Positions 9,978-18,091 of a stretch of DNA of 64,000 nucleotides are shown here, one piece after another. This stretch comes from an archaeon. GTDB lineage: Archaea > Micrarchaeota > Micrarchaeia > Anstonellales > Anstonellaceae. Location: assembly GCA_020056635.1 (NCBI GenBank), contig JAGVHI010000024.1, positions 2,317-66,316 of the forward strand, written 5' to 3'. Positions within the stretch are counted from its first letter, which is position 1. Every line of letters starts with the position of its first letter. The position numbers and the translations under genes were made by a program. The notes under the pieces were generated by a model that was not told the DNA's origin, made no database searches, and saw only the letters and a program-made list of their open reading frames with translations.

Positions 9978-10799
9978 ATGAAACCAATTTCATATATGTT
10001 TCCTGAGGCGCTAATCACTTTCCGCGAGACGCTTGAGGCCGCGCTTGTGGTTGGGGTGATGCTTGCGTACCTTGAGAGGAGTGGGAATGCGAAATTGAAC
10101 AGGCATATTTACCTCGGGGTTGGCATAGGGGTTTTTGCATCGGTTATTGTTGCGGTGCTTTTTTCAGCGCTTGTCGGGGAGTTCGAGGGGAGGAACGAGC
10201 AGCTTTTTGAGGGCAGCGTGATGCTTTTTGCGTCGTTTTTGATTTCATGGATGATATTATGGATGCTCAAGCAGGAGCATGTGAGGCAGGAAATAGAGGG
10301 AATCGTGAAGGTGAAAACAAACAAGGGGGAGCTATTGGGGCTGGTGCTTTTTACTGCGGTTGCGGTGTTTAGGGAAGGGACTGAAACAGTGATATTTTTG
10401 GGGGCTGCGGCTTTTTCGAATGGAAGGCTTGCGCTGCTTGGGGCGCTTCTTGGGGTTGCAGGCGCGCTTGCGCTTGCGTTCGTGCTGTTTGAGACTGCAA
10501 TGAGGGTGAACCTCAGGCTGTTTTTCCAGGGGACAAGCGTGCTCTTGATACTGTTTGCAGCAGGGCTGGTTGCGCATTCGGTGCATGAGTTCCAAGAGGC
10601 GGGAGTGCTGCCTGAGCAGGCGCCCCTCTGGAGCACCAAGCTGGCATTGGACCAGAAGAGCGGGATTGGGGCGGTTGCCCGCTCTCTGTTCGGATATGCG
10701 GACAGCCCGACCGCACTTGAAGCTATTGCATACCTTGCATACTTTGCGGCTATTTTTGCGGCTTACAAAAACATTAAACTCTTTTACCGCTATATTTGA
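9978..10799 (+). CDS. FTR1/EfeU-family high-affinity iron permease
   Basis: Two REXXE-type motifs (FRETLEA, FREGTETV) in a 7-TM-like hydrophobic protein. Confidence 0.8.
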   Translation: MKPISYMFPEALITFRETLEAALVVGVMLAYLERSGNAKLNRHIYLGVGIGVFASVIVAVLFSALVGEFEGRNEQLFEGSVMLFASFLISWMILWMLKQEHVRQEIEGIVKVKTNKGELLGLVLFTAVAVFREGTETVIFLGAAAFSNGRLALLGALLGVAGALALAFVLFETAMRVNLRLFFQGTSVLLILFAAGLVAHSVHEFQEAGVLPEQAPLWSTKLALDQKSGIGAVARSLFGYADSPTALEAIAYLAYFAAIFAAYKNIKLFYRYI

Positions 10800-10819
10800 G
10801 CGGTGGTTTCGTGGCTGAG

Positions 10820-11524
10820 ATGCTATACCTAACAGATTCCTACATGAAAGAATGCGATTCGAAAGTGGTTTCGGTGCTGGAAGGGAACAAAATTGTGCTG
10901 GATAGGACGGTGTTCTTTCCGCGTGGCGGCGGCGTCCCGTGCGATATGGGGAAACTGGTCGCAAATGGGAACGAGTACCCTGTGGCGAATGTGGTGAAGG
11001 AGAATGGGGAGATTGTGCACTGCGTGGCGGATGCGGCAGGGCTTGCAGCCGGGATGCAGGCAAAATGCGTGCTTGATTGGGAAAGGAGAAATAGGCTCAT
11101 GCGCTCGCATACTGCCGCGCATACGCTTGCATCAGTGCTGTACAGGCAGGAAGGGGTGCTCATTACTGGAAACCAGATTGAACTGGATAAGGTGAGGTTT
11201 GATTTCAACATGGCGCAGTTTGATGCTGAGAAGCTGAAAGCGCAAATTGGGAAAGCGAATGAACTTTTGAAGGAAGGGCATGAGGTGAAAATATACTCGA
11301 TGAAAAGGGAGGAGGCGTTCAAAATCCCCGAGGTCGTGAAACTGGCAGGTGCGCTTCCGCCTGCGATTGATGTGCTTAGGATTGTGGAAATTGTTGGGGT
11401 GGATGTGCAGGCCGATGGGGGTTGCCATGTGCGCAATACGAGCGAAGTGGGCGAGATTGAGTTTTTGAAGGCGGAGAATAAGGGAAAAGAGAATAGGAGG
11501 GTGTATTTCAAGCTGAGGGATTAG
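10820..11524 (+). CDS. alaX: Alanyl-tRNA editing protein AlaX (AlaX-M type)
   Basis: Editing-domain zinc motifs HTAAHTL and GGCHV. About 234 aa from ATG 10820. Confidence 0.75.
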   Translation: MLYLTDSYMKECDSKVVSVLEGNKIVLDRTVFFPRGGGVPCDMGKLVANGNEYPVANVVKENGEIVHCVADAAGLAAGMQAKCVLDWERRNRLMRSHTAAHTLASVLYRQEGVLITGNQIELDKVRFDFNMAQFDAEKLKAQIGKANELLKEGHEVKIYSMKREEAFKIPEVVKLAGALPPAIDVLRIVEIVGVDVQADGGCHVRNTSEVGEIEFLKAENKGKENRRVYFKLRD

Positions 11525-11838
11525 CCGAATATCGCACCAAACCCGGCTTCCGCGCTGTTCTCCTCATCCTCGATTTTCTTTATCACGCGCTCTTGCACTG
11601 CAGGCTCGGTTTTCTCGCACATTGAATCAAGCTTGGAGTGCGCGAATTTTGCGAATTCCTCTGTGCAGGAGAGGTAGAGGTAGGCTTTCTTTGCATCCTC
11701 GGAAACTGAAGCGCCGTCTTTTAGCTTGTACCCGTTGCGGGAAAAGGACACTTTCTCGTAGGGCTCGGCCTCAAGCAGTTTTGTGAGTTCCGCTTTCTTT
11801 TCAGCAGGGAGTTGGAATACCATTTTCACATCTATCAC
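11521..11838 (-). CDS. Small acidic protein with ribosomal-stalk-like C-terminal tail
   Basis: 105 aa. The C-terminus EDEENSAEAGFGAIFG resembles the conserved aP1/L12e tail (acidic run + GLGALFG). The N-terminal part does not resemble the P1 dimerisation domain. Confidence 0.5.
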   Translation of the reverse strand: MIDVKMVFQLPAEKKAELTKLLEAEPYEKVSFSRNGYKLKDGASVSEDAKKAYLYLSCTEEFAKFAHSKLDSMCEKTEPAVQERVIKKIEDEENSAEAGFGAIFG

Positions 11839-11894
11839 CTTACGTAGTGTTGATGAAATAGGTTATGGAAAGGGAGAATAAAGAAGGTTTGCCT

Positions 11895-12179
11895 TCAGCG
11901 CATCGTCTTGCCGGTCTCGTCGCGCTTTATTTTCGCGTACACCACCAGCAGGCCCATGATGATTATGATAAGCGGGCCAATTGGCATGTTGGTGTCGAGC
12001 CAGCCGACCTCCTTTATGAACCATGTCACGCCCAGCACCGCAATCAGCATCCCGTATGCGAGCTGGTTCCTGCAGTCCTCCTCATAGCATTGCATCCATT
12101 GGGATGCGGTCGGCTCGCGCGGAACGTGGTGCGCGGCCGGGTGCGAAGCATGGTGTTTCGGCGCGGTTTTTATTGCCAT
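11895..12179 (-). CDS. Small membrane protein (unknown)
   Basis: 94 aa with a His-rich N-terminus and two hydrophobic helices. Confidence 0.4.
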   Translation of the reverse strand: MAIKTAPKHHASHPAAHHVPREPTASQWMQCYEEDCRNQLAYGMLIAVLGVTWFIKEVGWLDTNMPIGPLIIIIMGLLVVYAKIKRDETGKTMR

Positions 12180-12289
12180 GAGTCGCTTACCGAAACTATA
12201 TTTAAAAGCTTAACTAGGGGCGCAATCGGGGGAAAGTGTAAGGGGCGCCAAGAAGTTATTTAATCCCATCCAACCAAGCTTTTGCAAAG

Positions 12290-12571
12290 GTGGTTGCGTT
12301 GGCAAAGGTAGAGTTCAAGAAGGACGGCATATCGGTCGACGTTCCTGCAGGCACAGCGCTCATGAACATATGCGACGAGCACGGGGCGTCCGTTGCGTTC
12401 TCGTGTCGGGTCGGTGCTTGCACCTCGTGCCTTGTGACTGTGCTCTCCGGGCTTGAGAACCTCTCGCCCATGACCGAACAGGAGAAAATCACGCTTGAGG
12501 GGTTCGGGGCAAAGCCGAACCAGAGGCTTGCGTGCCAGGTAGTGGTGAACGGGGATTGCGTGATAGAGTAG
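12290..12571 (+). CDS. [2Fe-2S] ferredoxin (plant/adrenodoxin-like)
   Basis: Cys pattern CRVGACTSC ... LACQ (C-x4-C-x2-C...C). GTG start. 93 aa. Confidence 0.7.
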   Translation: MVALAKVEFKKDGISVDVPAGTALMNICDEHGASVAFSCRVGACTSCLVTVLSGLENLSPMTEQEKITLEGFGAKPNQRLACQVVVNGDCVIE

Positions 12572-12584
12572 GCTGGTGCGAACC

Positions 12585-13148
12585 ATGGCAGAAGAGCAGG
12601 GGCAGATTCCGCAGATAAGCTTTGTCGAGATAAGGGACATATCGATTGCGATAGACTCGTATGATGACATTTTTTCGGATTTCGACCCGCGCGAATTCTC
12701 CAAGCGCGAAGTGTCGGACGATTTGCTAAAGGAACTGAGAAGGAGGCACATCGAAGCCAGGAGCGGGAAGTTCGAAGTCAGGTTCATACTCACCGCGGAC
12801 ATGCGGGACCCGAAGCTTGAGGCAACCATAAAAAAGAGGCTGCGCGAGCACTTCGAGCGAAGGCTAAAGGAGCTCGAAGAGGAGCTGCACTCGCGCAGGT
12901 GGAGGGGCAAAATGTACATCGCGTTCGGCGCCCTTTTCTTGCTCCTTCAGGCATATTACACTGCGTTTATAGCCGATGTGCTGTCCAGCGAGCTCCTTGC
13001 GATAATACTCGTGCCTGCCGGCTGGTTCGGCATGTTCACCGGGATTGAGAAATTGCTTGAGGATCCCGACAGGTTCGGCGAGCAGAAAAGGCTCAATGAG
13101 AAGCTCATGCACGCAAACTACATATTCCTTTCAGAGGACAGGGAATAG
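12585..13148 (+). CDS. Hypothetical membrane protein
   Basis: Charged N-terminal half followed by two TM helices. No recognised motif. Confidence 0.45.
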   Translation: MAEEQGQIPQISFVEIRDISIAIDSYDDIFSDFDPREFSKREVSDDLLKELRRRHIEARSGKFEVRFILTADMRDPKLEATIKKRLREHFERRLKELEEELHSRRWRGKMYIAFGALFLLLQAYYTAFIADVLSSELLAIILVPAGWFGMFTGIEKLLEDPDRFGEQKRLNEKLMHANYIFLSEDRE

Positions 13149-13153
13149 CCTGT

Positions 13154-14350
13154 TTAGATAGGCTGGTTGAACTTGCCAGGGAAAATAATGGAAGGGAGCC
13201 ATTTTACCGCGGCATCCCTAAATTCGCGGAAGTGCGAGTCCGTCATTATGTACTCGTTTGTTATAGGCACTATTACATGATAGCATTGAAGCGAAACTGG
13301 AAAATGGCTTGGGGCCCTTGCCCATTGCACCCCAAGGTTCAAGAGGGAAAAGAGGGAGTTGATAGCAGCGATTGCCTGCTTTTCTGACAGGCCGGACGAG
13401 TATGGAACCAGTATTGCCCCGTCATCCGTGACTGCGATAGTGTTGCTGCCTGCTATCGGCATTTTATCTATAAGCTCGCGGGTAATTCCAGCTTTTCTTG
13501 AGGGGACCTTGTCCTTCAAACCCAATTTTTCCTCATCTGCACGCCTGGCGCCCACCTTTGCAACAAGATCAACGACGTTCTGCTGCAAATCAGGGTGGCC
13601 GTACGTTCGCAAGGCCCAGATGTATTCTGCATACAGGTCCGGGTGGATTGCGCTTGCTATTTCAGCAGCCAGGATTCCCTTTTGTGTGGTGCGCAATACC
13701 TTGTCCTGAGGGCAACCATCAAGGTCGCACAGGTTTTCAAGCACGTCCGCTGCGATTTTCATCACTATAGCCCGCACCTTTGTCGAGGAAAGAAGCTCGT
13801 TCATGAAACTTTTGAAATAATCAGCATCTCCGGACTCGTGCGTAACTGGGTTGGACATGTGGTCCAATAGGTCTCCTGCGCCCGGGCAGATTGCCGCACT
13901 CACCTGCTGTGCAGTCATGCCGCCATCCTCTTTCAAATCATGCACCCCAGCCTGTATTGCGTAAAGGGTTTTTCGAGTGATGATTGCAATGCGCAGCGCT
14001 ACACGGAGCGAATGGCATTTGGCCTCCATTTTTCCGTTGGCTCTCATGGAATTGCCGAATTTTTCATCAAGAAGGGCAGCCATCCGCTCTATCGCTTTGG
14101 GGTCGTAGTCCTTTGAGCGGCGCAATACCCTGTGAATCTCAGCAACAATCGCATCCCGCTCGGCCGGGAGGTTGCGGAATTGCTTCCAATCCAGCAGCTC
14201 CGGCTTGCGCGGGGAGAGAATGCGCCCTATTCCACTGTGGTCCCATAGAAAACCGGCAAAGCCAGAGCGAGGCAGCCTGCCCCCTAATAGAAAAACTTCT
14301 TTTGGGACCCCGTTTGCAGCACTATCACTCTTGCCGTTAAAGACTCGCAT
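13154..14350 (-). CDS. HD-domain protein (RelA/SpoT-hydrolase-like motif)
   Basis: CHSLRVALRIA...(~20 aa)...GVHDLKEDGG fits the H..RV....HD..ED pattern of HD_4 (ppGpp hydrolase-type) domains. The rest of the protein is unrecognised. Confidence 0.45.
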   Translation of the reverse strand: MRVFNGKSDSAANGVPKEVFLLGGRLPRSGFAGFLWDHSGIGRILSPRKPELLDWKQFRNLPAERDAIVAEIHRVLRRSKDYDPKAIERMAALLDEKFGNSMRANGKMEAKCHSLRVALRIAIITRKTLYAIQAGVHDLKEDGGMTAQQVSAAICPGAGDLLDHMSNPVTHESGDADYFKSFMNELLSSTKVRAIVMKIAADVLENLCDLDGCPQDKVLRTTQKGILAAEIASAIHPDLYAEYIWALRTYGHPDLQQNVVDLVAKVGARRADEEKLGLKDKVPSRKAGITRELIDKMPIAGSNTIAVTDDGAILVPYSSGLSEKQAIAAINSLFSLLNLGVQWARAPSHFPVSLQCYHVIVPITNEYIMTDSHFREFRDAAVKWLPSIIFPGKFNQPI

Positions 14351-14544
14351 GTTGCCCCCCTCTAACGCTAATTTTGTGGTTTTTTGGATTTTAATACGTA
14401 TGCCTAGAGAGGAATTGGAAAAACAGGATGTTTATATTTTACATGTTTAACCAGATATATAAATAATATTATAAAGGCTGAAAGCAAATAACTTTGGCAA
14501 GAATAATCAGATAACTCATGGTTTTCAGAAAAGATGATGGTTAG

Positions 14545-15111
14545 ATGGTGCCAAAACTAGAAAACGCCCAGTTTAGAATGCTCAGGCGCCCTTCTCATTC
14601 AGTTAGGGATACGTGCCGCCATGCATTAAGGCATCCGTGGCAGACGCTCAAGGACCTTGTATTGCTAGACAGGCAGTTTAGGCATGTTGAGAGGATTAGC
14701 GATACTGAAAAGGGGGTTTTCACCAATCTAGTGATAGCAAACATTGAAGCTGCATCAATTATGGGTGGCGATCCCAAGCTTAGGGCAGCGCTTGATTCCA
14801 AATTAGAGGAAATATGCGCAAACGAATCGCAATTGAGGAGCGAGTACGCGAAAATGAATAAGCACTACAAGGCAAGCGTTTGGACTGTTGCAATCACTTG
14901 CGCGATTGGGTTGGCGAATCTCGCGCTAAGCTACTTCGAAGTTGCATTGCCGCCCGTAGTTCGGGCCATAGCCTCGTACCTTAGCCTCCCGCCCATAGCG
15001 GCGGTTGCATTGCTCCTGCGCACGCACATAAAGCGCAAGCACGTGAAGGAAACCCTCTTTGAAATCGAGGTGACAAAAGAATTCGCAAGGGAGATGCAGA
15101 GTGGGGAATAG
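14545..15111 (+). CDS. Hypothetical membrane protein
   Basis: 188 aa with C-terminal TM helices. Flanked by an AT-rich divergent intergenic region. Confidence 0.4.
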   Translation: MVPKLENAQFRMLRRPSHSVRDTCRHALRHPWQTLKDLVLLDRQFRHVERISDTEKGVFTNLVIANIEAASIMGGDPKLRAALDSKLEEICANESQLRSEYAKMNKHYKASVWTVAITCAIGLANLALSYFEVALPPVVRAIASYLSLPPIAAVALLLRTHIKRKHVKETLFEIEVTKEFAREMQSGE

Positions 15112-15130
15112 AACTTTTCCGTCGGCATGT

Positions 15131-15256
15131 TTCTTTTTGGGGGTGAGCCCTCAGCCCCTTTGGAGAGGGAGTTACGGAAGAGCGAGAAGTTTTCCGTCAA
15201 ATTCTTTTCTTTTGGGGTGAAACCCTCAGCCCTTTTCTTTTCCCAAAAGAAAAGGG
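15131..15256 (-). repeat. tRNA-associated structured element, copy E5 (3' trailer of tRNA-Pro)
   Basis: On the minus strand, hairpin CCCTTTTCTTTT-GGG-AAAAGAAAAGGG is followed by purine tract AAAAGAAAAGAA. Two related hairpins follow, GGGCTGAGGGTTTCACCCC and GGGGCTGAGGGCTCACCCCC. The element begins 8 nt after the tRNA-Pro discriminator. Confidence 0.6.
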
Positions 15257-15264
15257 ATATGGGA

Positions 15265-15337
15265 TGGGGGATCAGAGATTTGAACTCTGACAACCAGCTC
15301 CCAAAGCTGGCAGCATACCAGGTTAGCTCAATCCCCC
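15265..15337 (-). tRNA. tRNA-Pro (anticodon UGG), uninterrupted
   Basis: Hand-folded cloverleaf: acceptor GGGGGAT/ATCCCCC, anticodon arm CCAGC-TTTGGGA-GCTGG, T arm CAGAG-TTCAAAT-CTCTG, discriminator A. 73 nt. Confidence 0.9.
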
Positions 15338-15410
15338 GAAAGAGAACTTAATATTATGCGGGATGCGATTTTAAAAAGCAGGACTTGGAATCTGGTGAAA
15401 GGTGGTATTG

Positions 15411-15680
15411 ATGCATGAGAAGGATGCTCTTACAATAATACTGGCTCTCGGGATTGCCGGGATGCTTTTCTCGGGCTATCTCACTTGGGGCGAAGTATTT
15501 GCACCCCAGCTAAAGTGCCTGCCCGATGCAGCTGCGCCCTCGTGCGGCGCGAATGTAGGGCTTACTGAACTATTCGGGCTGCCAGTCTGCATTTACGGGT
15601 TTGCGATGTATACAGCAATAACGCTTGTTTCAGGCTGCGCGCTTTTCGGGAAGAAAAAAGATGGCAAGAAGAGAAAGTGA
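15411..15680 (+). CDS. VKOR-like small membrane protein (N-terminal half only)
   Basis: GYLTW....C.......SC......LFGLP..IYGF.MY matches TM1, the Cys loop and TM2 of vitamin K epoxide reductase family proteins. The TM4 CxxC is absent. Confidence 0.4.
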   Translation: MHEKDALTIILALGIAGMLFSGYLTWGEVFAPQLKCLPDAAAPSCGANVGLTELFGLPVCIYGFAMYTAITLVSGCALFGKKKDGKKRK

Positions 15681-15681
15681 G

Positions 15682-16356
15682 CTAGCGGAATTTGTGCGCC
15701 ACTTTTGCAAATGTGCTCCCTAAATGCACCAAAGGCGAGCTTAGCTTCCCGATTGCTTTTGTTTTTCCCTTTGTGATTGCTTTCCGCAAATCTTCCGCTG
15801 TTTCTCCTTCAAATTCGGTGAGCGCTGTCCCTATTTCGAAAGCCATGTGCGCATCGCTTCCCCCGACCTTGGCTTTCTTGTGATTGCTGGCAAATTCCAT
15901 TGCCTTGAGATTATCATCTATGAAAGTAACCCTTGCGTTCAGCACTTCTATTGCATGGATTTTGGAGAGCTGCGATTTTGCAAGCGAATCCATTGGGAGG
16001 TGGTGGCGCAGCGAATCGAAGGGGTGAGGGGCGGAGATTATTGCATCCTGCGAGCGGAGCAGGTCCAGAGTTTCATCCAGCGAAAGTTTCTTTGGAATCA
16101 GTTCGTTCATGAAAAGCCCTATCACTTCGCCTTCCTTGGTTCTGATTTCTTCGCCCAGAATTATGCGGACCTGAGATTTGAGCTCCTTTGCAAGCTTTTT
16201 TGCCTCAAGCGCCCCTTCGAAATTGTTATGGTCCGTGATTGCGATCATATTGATGCCTTTGCGTTCAGCCACGCGCAAAATTGAGCGCAGCTCGGAAAGC
16301 GAATCTGGGGAGTATTTAGTGTGCAAGTGAAGCTCTGCGAATCCCAAGGGAAGCAC
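15682..16356 (-). CDS. PHP-domain metal-dependent phosphoesterase
   Basis: LHLHTKYSPDS and ITDHNNFEGA are PHP His motifs. GTG start directly abuts the ribB stop. Confidence 0.7.
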   Translation of the reverse strand: MLPLGFAELHLHTKYSPDSLSELRSILRVAERKGINMIAITDHNNFEGALEAKKLAKELKSQVRIILGEEIRTKEGEVIGLFMNELIPKKLSLDETLDLLRSQDAIISAPHPFDSLRHHLPMDSLAKSQLSKIHAIEVLNARVTFIDDNLKAMEFASNHKKAKVGGSDAHMAFEIGTALTEFEGETAEDLRKAITKGKTKAIGKLSSPLVHLGSTFAKVAHKFR

Positions 16357-17001
16357 CTAATCCACTATTTCGCTTCCGCCTATAAAAACAAGCCCGTTCT
16401 TCTGCGCGTATTTTTTCGCATCCGCAAGCGAGAGCGCTTTCCCGCTCCCCAGCATCTCGCATACTAGAACCGCGGGAGGGAGGGTTGCAAGCCTGCAGAG
16501 CTCAAGCGCAAGCTCTGTGTGCCCATTTCGCTCCTTTATTCCCCTGCCTATGAGAAGCTGGAGGTGACCCGGGGTGCGGAAGTTGGCTTCGAAAAAAGAG
16601 CGCGGATTTGGAGCAATGGTGCAATTTGCAAATTCACGCGAAGTGAGCGCGCGCTCCTCATCAGGTATTCCGGTATAGGTTTTCACATGGTTTATTGAAA
16701 CTGAGAATGCGGACTTGTCCCCGTAGCCCGCGCGCTTGGAAGAGGTTTTTGCAAGTGTCGGGCTGCCTGAGCGTATCAGAATATCTTCGAGGTGCTCAAG
16801 CCCGATTTTTTGTGCGGAAAGGGAATCTGTTGCAAGGCAGAGGAGACCGCCTGCGTCTTTGCGCATTAGGGTGATTTTTTCCGAGGTTGCAAATGATGCG
16901 TGCAGCACTAAGTCGCACTCGCCCTCACGTTCAGCTGAATCGAAAAGAACGATTGGCTTGCCTGCTTTCAATGAGGAGACTGCGTCCACTAGATTACCCA
17001 T
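16357..17001 (-). CDS. ribB: 3,4-dihydroxy-2-butanone-4-phosphate synthase
   Basis: GKPIVLFDSAEREGECDLVLHA...MRKDAGGLLCLA is a typical RibB core. Confidence 0.85.
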   Translation of the reverse strand: MGNLVDAVSSLKAGKPIVLFDSAEREGECDLVLHASFATSEKITLMRKDAGGLLCLATDSLSAQKIGLEHLEDILIRSGSPTLAKTSSKRAGYGDKSAFSVSINHVKTYTGIPDEERALTSREFANCTIAPNPRSFFEANFRTPGHLQLLIGRGIKERNGHTELALELCRLATLPPAVLVCEMLGSGKALSLADAKKYAQKNGLVFIGGSEIVD

Positions 17002-17055
17002 GGATGGTTAATTACCCGGAATTGTTTAAAACCGGGATTACCTGAAATCGCGTGC

Positions 17056-18000
17056 TTATGAGGGGATTGCGCCTTTCTGGGATTTTAGGTGCTCGTGCGA
17101 TTTCCAGAAAAAGAAGCCTATGAGCAGGAATGTGATTACTGGGGATACAAAGCTTGGGATGCTGATTCCGAATGCGTCCGCAAGCATCACAAGCCCGAGG
17201 AAGAATACTGAGTACATTGCCCCGTTTTTCAGGTAAACATATTTTTTCACGTTTTCTATGTTGTGTATTGTGAATTCCCGCACAATGAAAGCGCCAAGCC
17301 CGCTCCCAAGCATTATGAGAGGGACAGACATTGTGAATGCGAATGCCCCCACCACCCCGTCAATTGAAAATGTGCCGTCTATCACTTCAAGGTAGAGGAT
17401 TTTGCTCCAGTCGCTCATGCCGCTTGAGCCTGCGCCTGAGAGGAGCTTTTGCTCGGCTGCTTCCGCATTCTGCTTGAACCCGTGCGTTATGAAAAATGCG
17501 GTTGAGCCCACAACTGCACCAAATGCCATCAATGGACTTTGCTGCAATGCGAACCAGACTATTATCGTGAGCAGGATGGAGACTACTGCGAAGAACCATA
17601 CTCCCTGCTCCATGAGGAACTGCTCCCCGTGCAATCCAAACGTTTTGGGCTCAAGGAAAAGCCAGTGAAGGAAAAGGAATATCAGGAAAATGCCCCCTGC
17701 GGAGAGCAGGATTGGGGCGCTTGCCTCTAACGCCTCTATCACATGCGGGTCGTCGGAGAAGGTTGCGGTGAATGCGCCCATTATGCCTATTTGGGGCGCG
17801 GATGCAAACACTATGAGAAGAGGGAGGCCGAGCCGGAGCGCGAATACTGCAACCAGCATGCCCCAGGTGAGGAACCAGCGCTTTGCGCGCTCGCTCATCT
17901 TCGTGAGGATTGATGCGTTTATTACAGCATTGTCTATACTAGAGATTGACTCGAATAGCGCTAGGCCGATGATTGTGAGGAACGCGGAGAGGAGGTCCAT
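17056..18000 (-). CDS. Integral membrane protein, DUF475/TerC-like
   Basis: SIDNAVINA motif near the N-terminus. About 8 TM helices. Confidence 0.55.
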   Translation of the reverse strand: MDLLSAFLTIIGLALFESISSIDNAVINASILTKMSERAKRWFLTWGMLVAVFALRLGLPLLIVFASAPQIGIMGAFTATFSDDPHVIEALEASAPILLSAGGIFLIFLFLHWLFLEPKTFGLHGEQFLMEQGVWFFAVVSILLTIIVWFALQQSPLMAFGAVVGSTAFFITHGFKQNAEAAEQKLLSGAGSSGMSDWSKILYLEVIDGTFSIDGVVGAFAFTMSVPLIMLGSGLGAFIVREFTIHNIENVKKYVYLKNGAMYSVFFLGLVMLADAFGISIPSFVSPVITFLLIGFFFWKSHEHLKSQKGAIPS

Positions 18001-18057
18001 TGGCCTAGATTAGGAATGAAGGGAATAAAAGCGATATCGAAGACCGTCTATAGAATC

Positions 18058-18065
18058 TTTAAATA
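18058..18065 (+). promoter_or_regulatory. TATA-like box for the tRNA-Tyr/tRNA-Asp unit
   Basis: TTTAAATA ends 27 nt upstream of the tRNA-Tyr 5' end. Confidence 0.5.
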
Positions 18066-18091
18066 GTTTGAGCACCCCTAACTTTTCTTAT

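Noticed and set aside
15131-15256. Possible CRISPR array, suggested by the repeated GGGGTGAGCCCTCAGCCCC-like units.
   Set aside because: There are only two imperfect copies and no regular repeat-spacer periodicity. No cas genes are in the window. The sequences fit the tRNA-associated element family instead.
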